From contig LFLB01000031.1 of NCBI GenBank assembly GCA_001543005.1, forward strand, positions 2,637-66,636: DNA of 64,000 nucleotides, given 5' to 3'. The notes under the pieces are model-generated. The model was not told the DNA's origin and ran no database searches. It saw only the letters and a program-made list of their open reading frames with translations. The DNA comes from Candidatus Spongiihabitans thiooxidans. Lineage in GTDB: Bacteria > Pseudomonadota > Gammaproteobacteria > Arenicellales > Poriferihabitantaceae. Of the stretch, positions 56,846 through 64,000 are shown piece by piece. Each line of letters opens with the position of its first letter. Position 1 is the first letter of the stretch. Made by a program: the position numbers and the translations under genes.

Positions 56846-57190
56846 ATGAAAATAATTGTCGCAACAATCAAGCCGCACATGTTTGACCGGGTAGTGCAAG
56901 CACTGATAGAAGAAGATGTCCCCGGCTTGACCACCCACGAAATCCATGGGTTCGGCCGGGAACGTAAGGACTCCACCGAGATTTCCCGTGGCGTAACCTA
57001 CCGCACCAAACTAAAACCGATGATGCTGATGATGGCGGCAGTCACCGATGATCGCGTTGACCGTATTAAAAAGATCATCGCCGAATACGCCAACACCGGC
57101 CAAATCAGCAGCGGCAAAATATTCGTGTTGAATCTTGAAGATGTGACCAGAATCCGGACTGGGGAAATTGGCGAGACGGCCTTATTGTAA
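56846..57190 (+). CDS. P-II family nitrogen regulatory protein (divergent T-loop)
   Basis: MKIIVATIKP...V..AL......G.T..E..GFGRE......, and GKIFV..LEDV.RIRTGE is colinear with GlnB/GlnK. Confidence 0.8.
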   Translation: MKIIVATIKPHMFDRVVQALIEEDVPGLTTHEIHGFGRERKDSTEISRGVTYRTKLKPMMLMMAAVTDDRVDRIKKIIAEYANTGQISSGKIFVLNLEDVTRIRTGEIGETALL

Positions 57191-57580
57191 ATCCCGGATT
57201 TTACGCGCCGCGCATCGCTCGTTTGTTGTAACCGGATACGAAGCCACGAACGGCTCGCCAATCTGCGTGTGATTCCCAGGCGATGGCAGCATTGCCCCAT
57301 GCTTGATCCGGTACGTAAGCACCTTGGGATTTATACCCGAAGCCACAATATCGTGTCGTTCTCACTTTCTTCTTATAGTCGGCTAATCGGATAACCGCAA
57401 ACCCCGGTGGCGAAACATATAATTTAGGATAAAAATAGGCGTTCTGGGTATGTTAATCATTGCCGAATACCGGCACAAAGGTAATTCCTGAGCTTTTACC
57501 TCCAGATCAGCCATTTACCGAAGTAGAAATGGATGTCGATTGAAATTAATATTTCCAAAGGAAATTCTTATTGATTATTC

Positions 57581-57916
57581 TTACTGATGGAAAGAACTGG
57601 TTATTTCGCTTAACAAATCATCCGTGAATTTTAAGGACGCGAGTCGTTGCTCTATTTTGCCAGTTTTTCCGTCTCGCCTGGAATAGTAATAATCCCATCG
57701 GTCTTTATGAAACGGGTCGTTGATTAGCGGATAGCCGACTATCCGGGTAACCTCAAGCTTGGTCATGCCGATTTCTAATTTTGATACTATCTGTGCGGTA
57801 ATATCGTTGCCCTGTTGCACATCAACTTTGTAAACAAAACATCCGCCGAGAGACAACACGGCACAAATAACAACCGCCTTCACTATAAAACCTGATGTTA
57901 CAAAATGTGCTTTCAT
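57581..57916 (-). CDS. bamE: Outer membrane protein assembly factor BamE (SmpA/OmlA)
   Basis: It has a lipoprotein signal (LSLGGC), followed by YKVDVQQGN......KL..GMTK.EV....G.P...DPF...RWDY. Confidence 0.85.
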   Translation of the reverse strand: MKAHFVTSGFIVKAVVICAVLSLGGCFVYKVDVQQGNDITAQIVSKLEIGMTKLEVTRIVGYPLINDPFHKDRWDYYYSRRDGKTGKIEQRLASLKFTDDLLSEITSSFHQ

Positions 57917-57969
57917 AAAATTTTCCCAAATAAATTTGCTACATAAAAATTTAGTGGTCCAGAGGACAG

Positions 57970-58452
57970 CTAATCAATATATTTTAGTACCGCTATTTCA
58001 TCACAATTTTGAAATTTATGACAATTGATGCAAGCACCCCAGACTTTTTCTGGCAATTCACTCATTTCCACCACCTCGAAATTTAGTTTCTCGAAAAAAT
58101 CCACCACATAGGTTAAGGCCATCAATTTTACCAGGCCGATATTATCTGCATCTTGTTCAAGGCGCTGCACCATTTTATTACCAAGCCCTAATTTCATATA
58201 CGCTGGATGCACTGCCAGACTTCGAACTTCTCCAAGTTCTTTGGTATAAATCAACAGCGCCGCGCACGCAATTATTTTCCCGCCCTCTTCTACAACATAA
58301 AAATCTCGCAATGAACCGTATATATCGCTTTGCGGTCGCGGTAATAATATACCTTTATCGCTAAATTGTTTTAGCAACGAATAAATGCCAGGCACATCCC
58401 CCAGTTGAGCGTGCCTGATTTGATAATCGCTGTTAGCGGTAGTAGCGTTCAT
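57970..58452 (-). CDS. GNAT family N-acetyltransferase
   Basis: 160 aa. The acetyl-CoA binding region is R.LAVHPAYMKLGLGNKMV. The start has a 4-bp overlap with the recN stop. Confidence 0.85.
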   Translation of the reverse strand: MNATTANSDYQIRHAQLGDVPGIYSLLKQFSDKGILLPRPQSDIYGSLRDFYVVEEGGKIIACAALLIYTKELGEVRSLAVHPAYMKLGLGNKMVQRLEQDADNIGLVKLMALTYVVDFFEKLNFEVVEMSELPEKVWGACINCHKFQNCDEIAVLKYID

Positions 58453-60137
58453 GCTGATTCGAGCATTTCCTGGGCCTGGGCCAATGCCTGTTTGGTAATT
58501 TTTTCGCCCGCCGTCATGCGTGCAATTTCTTCTATCCGTTGTTCGGCGGTTAACTTAACTACCCTGGCTTCCACTTGGTCAAGTCTTTGCTTATGTTTTT
58601 GATTGGGCCCGTGCTTGGAAACACTAAAATGATGATCACTCTTGGCCGCGACCTGAGAAAGATGGGTTATACAGATAACTTGATTGGATCTCCCCAGCTC
58701 TTTTAGTTTCTGACCGACTACGTTTGCGACTTCACCGCCAATGCCCACATCCACCTCATCAAATATCAATGTTGGCGTCTGTGTTTTATTCGCCAGCACA
58801 ACTTGAATGCCCAGAGAAATTCGGGACAACTCGCCGCCAGATGCTACCTTTGTCAGAGGTTGGAGCGGTTGGCCGGGATTGGCGGCGACCACAAACTCCA
58901 CGGTCTCGTTACCGAATCGAGTGTGGCTTCCGCTCTCAATAGGTATAAGCCGAATGTCGAACTGACCGCCTTTCATACCCAGCTCCTGCATCAATGTGGT
59001 CACTTCGTTTGCAAGATACCGAACTGATTTATTTCGACTCGCGCTGATTTTCGTTGCAATACCCTGATACGTTTCCGATTCGGTTTTCAGTAGATCGTTG
59101 AGACGTCCCAATTCTCGTTGCGGATCTTTTAGACCAACCAGTTCACGTTTCATCGATTCAAGGTGATCAGCGAGTAATTGTGGCAGTAATCGATGTTTTC
59201 TGGCCAGGCTGTGGTACAGTGAAAAGCGCGTTTCTATTTTCTCCATTTCCTCCGGGTCAATTTCGTTATCTTGATAAAAAGATCGAAGTTGGTTTGCGAC
59301 TTCTTCAATATTAACCTGAGCTTCATCAATCATTGTTGCGATGGATTTTAACCGGTCGTCGAATTGAGAAAGCCGTTCAAGTTGCAGACTGCATTGAATT
59401 AATTGGCTGCTTAAATTATGGTCTTCGGATTGGTGCAGGATTTTCGCCACGGTGTGGGTGCCAGCCGACAGTTCCTGTTGATGATTTAATCGTTTATGTT
59501 TGTTTTCCAGAGACAACCACTCATCGGCTTCAGGGGCAAGTTCATTCAATTCTTCAATTTGAAACTTAAGCAAGTCTGTACGCTCCTGTGCAGCATGGCT
59601 TTGATCATTGAGTTGGTCGATTTGTTTCTGGATATTATTAATCGCATGGTAGCAATCGCCTAGTTCAGCGACCCGCTCAATATTGCCGGCGGCACTGTCC
59701 AGCAACATTTGTTGGACCGGCTTTTTCAGCAAAGAGTGGTGTTCTTTTTGTCCATGAATATCTACAATATCTTTGCCAAGATCGCGCAATTGCGACACAG
59801 TTGCGGCATGGCCATTAATATAACCTTTACTCGATCTATCCCGTCGAATAACCCTCCGCAACAGGCACTCATTGTCGTTAGCCATACCGTGTTGTTCCAG
59901 CCAATGCAGGCAGGGGTGGTCAGGCGGCAAGTCAAAACTTGCCTGAAGTTCAGCGGTATTATGATTATGGCGGATGTAACTATTATCGGAACGGTGACCG
60001 AGCAAAATACTGATGGCATCAACAATTAACGATTTTCCAGAGCCCGTTTCCCCGGTCACTGTGGTAAAACAGCGATCAAACTCAAGTTCGATATGATCGG
60101 CAATTATAAATTGTTTGATTTCCAGCCAATCAATCAT
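58449..60137 (-). CDS. recN: DNA repair protein RecN
   Basis: Walker A is VTGETGSGKS. There is a long coiled coil, and the C-terminus has SGGELSRISL and LIFDEVDVGIGG. Confidence 0.97.
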   Translation of the reverse strand: MIDWLEIKQFIIADHIELEFDRCFTTVTGETGSGKSLIVDAISILLGHRSDNSYIRHNHNTAELQASFDLPPDHPCLHWLEQHGMANDNECLLRRVIRRDRSSKGYINGHAATVSQLRDLGKDIVDIHGQKEHHSLLKKPVQQMLLDSAAGNIERVAELGDCYHAINNIQKQIDQLNDQSHAAQERTDLLKFQIEELNELAPEADEWLSLENKHKRLNHQQELSAGTHTVAKILHQSEDHNLSSQLIQCSLQLERLSQFDDRLKSIATMIDEAQVNIEEVANQLRSFYQDNEIDPEEMEKIETRFSLYHSLARKHRLLPQLLADHLESMKRELVGLKDPQRELGRLNDLLKTESETYQGIATKISASRNKSVRYLANEVTTLMQELGMKGGQFDIRLIPIESGSHTRFGNETVEFVVAANPGQPLQPLTKVASGGELSRISLGIQVVLANKTQTPTLIFDEVDVGIGGEVANVVGQKLKELGRSNQVICITHLSQVAAKSDHHFSVSKHGPNQKHKQRLDQVEARVVKLTAEQRIEEIARMTAGEKITKQALAQAQEMLESA

Positions 60138-60139
60138 GC

Positions 60140-61003
60140 TCAGCTATTCCAACCGAGTTTTGAGTGTAAGGTTTCAAAGTAGTTGAATCCCTTAATTCGT
60201 ATCATTTTCAGTTTCTTTGCCGCACGTTTTATGGCGATGGTTTCGTCCCCTTTTAGCTGAGCGGTGATGACGCCGTCGAATGCCAGATTTGCGGGTGATT
60301 CTTGAACTTTCAATGCGGTGATTTCCACCTCATCATTTTCGTCCAAAATGATTGGACGATTGCTTAAAGTATGCGGGCAAATGGGCGATATGCTGATTAC
60401 CGGAAGATTCGGGTAGATGATCGGGCCTCCGGCGGACAGGGCGTAAGCGGTTGACCCGGTAGGGGTCGAGAGAATCAATCCATCGCTTCTTGGTTGGCTG
60501 ACGAATTGACCGTTAACCCAGATTTCAAACTCTATCAATCGACCGGTGTTGCCTTTTGAGATAACCATATCGTTAAGCGAAATTCCAGAACAGATTTCCG
60601 TGCCATTTTGGGTTACCTGGCATTGCAGCATAGTGCGGTGCTCGATAGTATAATCACCTTCTAAAATTGACGACATACTGCTATCAAGATCAGAAAGCGC
60701 AATATCTGTGAGAAACCCCAAACGACCGAGATTCACCCCGATGGCAGAGACGCCGTGGTCGGATAATTCTCGTGCCACACTTAACATGGTGCCATCGCCG
60801 CCGACCACAATAGCGAGATCAATGGCCTCCTGCAGAGGCTGGTCGTAATCGTCAATTCTAGCGCCCTCGATTTTCGTGGAAGTGGTGTTGCCGAGTAGTA
60901 CGGACAAGTTTTTGTCCTTAAGAATCGCTTGAACTCGGGCAATGGCATCAGCCACACTGCTGTCGTTGAATTTTCCGAATAGACCAACTTTTGTAATTTT
61001 CAC
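60140..61003 (-). CDS. nadK: NAD kinase
   Basis: VVGGDGTML, GVNLGRLGFL, and STPTGSTAYALSAGGPI. Confidence 0.95.
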   Translation of the reverse strand: MKITKVGLFGKFNDSSVADAIARVQAILKDKNLSVLLGNTTSTKIEGARIDDYDQPLQEAIDLAIVVGGDGTMLSVARELSDHGVSAIGVNLGRLGFLTDIALSDLDSSMSSILEGDYTIEHRTMLQCQVTQNGTEICSGISLNDMVISKGNTGRLIEFEIWVNGQFVSQPRSDGLILSTPTGSTAYALSAGGPIIYPNLPVISISPICPHTLSNRPIILDENDEVEITALKVQESPANLAFDGVITAQLKGDETIAIKRAAKKLKMIRIKGFNYFETLHSKLGWNS

Positions 61004-61188
61004 CGTAATACCAGCCGCTTAAACTGATATTATACATCAGCAATTTAATTTGGGCTTAAAATTGATTTGGGTTAAAATCCATCTTGACAGAATAGTGATT
61101 AAATTGGTAGCGTTCCACCTAATTGCGCCATACTCGTAAATCAATGTTCCACTGGCCCAACAATCAAGCACATTTGCTCAATAATTTT

Positions 61189-62271
61189 ATGGCTGAAAGC
61201 GAAAATATTAACCTCAGCGAACGCGCCCAATCAGTATTAAAGGGGCTGATTCGTTGCTATGTTGATGGTGGTACGCCCGTAGGTTCTCGGACATTGGCAA
61301 AGGAAACGGAGCTGGCACTCAGTCCAGCAACCATTCGCAAGGTCATGGTAGATCTTGAGGGTTACGGTTTAATTCGTGCCCCTCATACCTCTGCAGGCCG
61401 TGTGCCCACGGTTAAAGGCTATCGATTTTTTATCAATAGTTTGCTAAAAGTCGGGTCTATTGCCAATAAATCTTCAGGACGCTTGCCGGGAGCATACATG
61501 AGACAAATGACTGAACGGTTGAGCGGAATCTCTGATCAGACGAGTATATTAACCGAGGCAACGGAAATGCTCTCTCAAATAACATCTTTTGCGGGTATTG
61601 TTTCAACGCCAAGCAATAGCCATGCACAAATTCGCCAGATTGAGTTTTTGAATTTATCGGAAAAGCGCGTGTTGGCTATTCTCATTACCAACGATGGGCA
61701 AGTCCAAAATAAAGCGCTCTCGGCGCATCGCGAATACTCCGAATCGGAGCTGATTGAAGCGGCAAATTTTTTCAATGCCAAATACAGCAGCAAATCTGTG
61801 CATGGTGTAAGAAAGCAATTATCTGCGCTTATGAAACAAGATCACAAAAGCATGCACCGGGAAATGCGCACCGCAATGAGAATGGCAGGTCAACTGCTTG
61901 ATGATGACGCTGTTCAAGCCAATGAAAATATGTTGGTTAGCGGAGAAAATAATTTACTGTCGATCCCGGAATTTTCGGAGCTGAATAAACTGCGACAGTT
62001 ATTTGATGCCTTTAAAACCAAGCAGGTATTATTCGATCTATTGCAAAAAAGCATGTTCACTGAAGGCGTCAATATTTTCATTGGCGAAGAATCCGGCTAT
62101 GAACCCTTTAGGGATTGCAGTGTAATCGCCGCGCCCTATGAAGTAGATCATAAAAAAGTCGGGGTGCTCGGCGTCATTGGGCCGACCCGGATGCAATATG
62201 ACGAAGTGATTTCCGCAGTTGACGTTACCGCAAAATTAGTCGGTAGCGCGTTAAGTTTTAACAGCACCTAG
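61189..62271 (+). CDS. hrcA: Heat-inducible transcription repressor HrcA
   Basis: LSERAQSVLKGLIRCYVDGGTPVGSRTLAK...SPATIR..M.DLE..GL...PHTSAGRVPT..GYR. The start is set at ATG 61189. Confidence 0.9.
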   Translation: MAESENINLSERAQSVLKGLIRCYVDGGTPVGSRTLAKETELALSPATIRKVMVDLEGYGLIRAPHTSAGRVPTVKGYRFFINSLLKVGSIANKSSGRLPGAYMRQMTERLSGISDQTSILTEATEMLSQITSFAGIVSTPSNSHAQIRQIEFLNLSEKRVLAILITNDGQVQNKALSAHREYSESELIEAANFFNAKYSSKSVHGVRKQLSALMKQDHKSMHREMRTAMRMAGQLLDDDAVQANENMLVSGENNLLSIPEFSELNKLRQLFDAFKTKQVLFDLLQKSMFTEGVNIFIGEESGYEPFRDCSVIAAPYEVDHKKVGVLGVIGPTRMQYDEVISAVDVTAKLVGSALSFNST

Positions 62272-62336
62272 TAACCATCCTTGAGCGGGTGCTTTATTGT
62301 GCCCTTTGTCGGACACTATCGGGGGCCTCCTGACGT

Positions 62337-62897
62337 ATGTCGGATTTAAATGTGCTTTTTGATCAACTGGAAGCATTGAAGCTTGCGCCTATCGATAACT
62401 GGAAGCCGGTAAGAATCGTCGATATCGATATTCGAATCGCTGCAAACGGTGATTGGTTTTATCTGGGATCGCCCATTCAACGGCATCGCATCGTTAAATT
62501 ATTTTCGTCAGTATTGCGGCTCGAAGGCGAACAATATTTTTTGGTAACGCCACCTGCGAAATATCGAATTCAGGTGGATGATGTGCCGTTTACTGCGGTG
62601 GAAATGAATCAAGTTAAAGAAAAGGAAATACAAAAATTGTATTTCCGTACTAATATGGATGAAGTGGTTTTAGCAGACCATATTCATCCGCTAACCGTAA
62701 TAACAAACGCAAAAAACAACGAGCCTTCCCCGTACATTACTGTACGCAGCGGTTTAAAAGCCAAAATCACCCGATCGGTTTTTTATCAGTTGGCAGAGCT
62801 GTTGCAGCCAGATCCCAATCAAAGTGATGCCTCTAATGCTATTGGGGCGGTCGGAGTTTTCAGCGCCGGTGAGTTTTTTTCTTTCGGAACGGTGTGA
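62337..62897 (+). CDS. DUF1285 family protein
   Basis: I...G.WFYLGSPIQRHRIVKLFSSVLRLEGEQYFLVTPPAKYRIQVDDVPFTAV resembles DUF1285. Confidence 0.7.
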   Translation: MSDLNVLFDQLEALKLAPIDNWKPVRIVDIDIRIAANGDWFYLGSPIQRHRIVKLFSSVLRLEGEQYFLVTPPAKYRIQVDDVPFTAVEMNQVKEKEIQKLYFRTNMDEVVLADHIHPLTVITNAKNNEPSPYITVRSGLKAKITRSVFYQLAELLQPDPNQSDASNAIGAVGVFSAGEFFSFGTV

Positions 62898-63178
62898 TTT
62901 ATTTTTTCACTATCATATACAATGATAAAAATCTAACCTGAAAGCATAATAAATACCAAATCAACAGAGGTTTTAATTACGCTCATTCCGAGAATGATCG
63001 TTTGTATCAACTTGATAACCCGTAAATATCAACCCACACTAATCCGCGCAGATCCAAAAATTTAAATGCGTTGGTTGCGACCACCTTAAAGACTGGAAAA
63101 CCTCACTCGGAACATCAATTGTGGGTGTTATGCTTCTATCTCGGGATTTGGGTTATTGCTGATGAGCAGTTGGACGTG

Positions 63179-63886
63179 TCAGGGTTGCTCTAATTTCTCT
63201 GGTTCCACTACCTCGGTATCGTTTAAATTTCTAACCCAACCATCCATCCCGTCAGCATACCAATAAATTTGTCGATAACCGTATTGCAGTAAACGTTTCG
63301 CAGCATTCCATGAAATCCAGCAATTTTCTCGGCAGAAAAGAACCACAGGATAAGTAAGATTATTTTGGGTCATAGCCTGCATGAACTTTTTGTAGGCGAT
63401 CTCAACCATTTCATCAATTGTGCCAAAACCGATTTCAGGCAGCCAGTAAGCTGATGGTATAGTCAGATGCGACGGTGGCAGCCAAACTTGTTCTTGAGGC
63501 CACCAGGCTGGTTTTTTTGATTTCGGCAAAACATCAATTAACAGTGGCCGCATGGTCTGTTTTTCAGCCAGCAACGCCTCCAACTCTGCAGTATTGATCG
63601 TCGTAGCCCCGGTCAAGGATTTTGGCACGGGCGCACGATAGTCTGTTAACCGAAACCCAATCGGTTCATCACTGTAAGCCGCGTCGTTTGCTACATTTAT
63701 GTGCTGTCCAGCTGCACCACCTGTCAGTGCATCATCATGATTATTTTGTTGTTGTTGGGCGTGGCTGCTGAAACTTTTGACGGGAGACAATGCAAGCAAA
63801 ATGGACGCCAATATGATGCGAGAACTGATCAGTAATAAAGATACGCAGTTCAAGAGGCTGCCTTCGTCTGAAATAACCCTGCACAA
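63179..63886 (-). CDS. Rhodanese-like, PQQ-dependent catabolism-associated CXXCW-motif protein
   Basis: It has a signal peptide, and then LIDV...........W.P....IP.A.WLP..G, FC..NCW.SWNAAKR....GY. The CRENCW sequence is the CXXCW motif. Confidence 0.65.
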   Translation of the reverse strand: MCRVISDEGSLLNCVSLLLISSRIILASILLALSPVKSFSSHAQQQQNNHDDALTGGAAGQHINVANDAAYSDEPIGFRLTDYRAPVPKSLTGATTINTAELEALLAEKQTMRPLLIDVLPKSKKPAWWPQEQVWLPPSHLTIPSAYWLPEIGFGTIDEMVEIAYKKFMQAMTQNNLTYPVVLFCRENCWISWNAAKRLLQYGYRQIYWYADGMDGWVRNLNDTEVVEPEKLEQP

Positions 63887-63922
63887 ACGGGAAACGTAAT
63901 CACAAGGCTTGAACCAAGGTCT

Positions 63923-64000
63923 TCATTCGGCCACTTTATCCACTAAGGGCACCCCATACTCCCCTAATATTTGATCGACAGCTGGTTGTAATTTGGCAAG
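63923..64000 (-). CDS. 3' end of a gene (25 codons), possibly a MoxJ-like periplasmic binding protein
   Basis: The reverse frame reads ...LAKLQPAVDQILGEYGVPLVDKVAE then a stop at 63923-63925. The family call rests only on context and a short C-terminal resemblance. Confidence 0.3.
   Translation of the reverse strand, partial: LAKLQPAVDQILGEYGVPLVDKVAE

Noticed and set aside
57195-57431. A 79-codon stop-to-stop open frame on the minus strand (...YVSPPGFAVIRLADYKKKVRTTRYCGFGYKSQGAYVPDQAWGNAAIAWESHADWRAVRGFVSGYNKRAMRGA) downstream of the P-II gene.
   Set aside because: There is no usable start codon giving more than 56 aa, and I recognise no family. It could be a gene remnant, but I cannot support a call.

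Overview
This is a gene-dense gammaproteobacterial chromosome segment, roughly mid-40s % G+C by eye; the taxon cannot be determined from the sequence alone. Most of it is housekeeping: a partial GlcD-like oxidase, DUF192, an S9 peptidase, fadE, tctCBA, an acyl-CoA ligase, yajC-secDF, nrdR-ribD-ribE-ribB-ribH-nusB-pgpA, an HNH endonuclease, an acuI + dddP-like pair, a TVP38 protein, icd, erpA, grpE-dnaK-dnaJ, yoaA, tsaB, ypjD/ffh, ilvIH, ilvC, psd-pssA, leuA, a family-4 UDG, mdh, a GT2, yajQ, amt-PII, bamE, GNAT-recN-nadK, hrcA, DUF1285 and the edge of a PQQ-dehydrogenase accessory cluster. I recognised no tRNA, rRNA, CRISPR array, transposase or integrase by eye. The main anomaly is a clearly G+C-rich ~5.5 kb insertion at about 36.33-41.83 kb, between tsaB and ypjD/ffh. 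It carries a four-gene minus-strand cassette: a MotA/TolQ/ExbB-like channel protein, a 177-aa ExbD/TolR-like protein, a 579-aa bitopic protein with a Gly/Phe/Pro-rich disordered spacer, and a tandem FGE-sulfatase-fold protein lacking the catalytic cysteine pair. The last three genes are linked by ATGA overlaps. I could not equate the cassette with Ton, Tol-Pal, flagellar stators or Zorya, so it is my best candidate for an undescribed pmf-driven envelope system. Secondary observations are listed here. (1) An AT-rich islet with a decayed HARE-HTH/PD-(D/E)xK nuclease gene and two tiny coupled ORFs. (2) An acuI-dddP-like DMSP/acrylate module. (3) A 96-bp repeat family shared between the erpA-grpE spacer and the grpE 5' coding region, flanking a sigma32-like promoter. 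(4) A decayed oxidoreductase gene downstream of the TVP38 gene. (5) A striking number of short tandem duplications, with unit lengths divisible by 3 inside genes and mostly not outside them.
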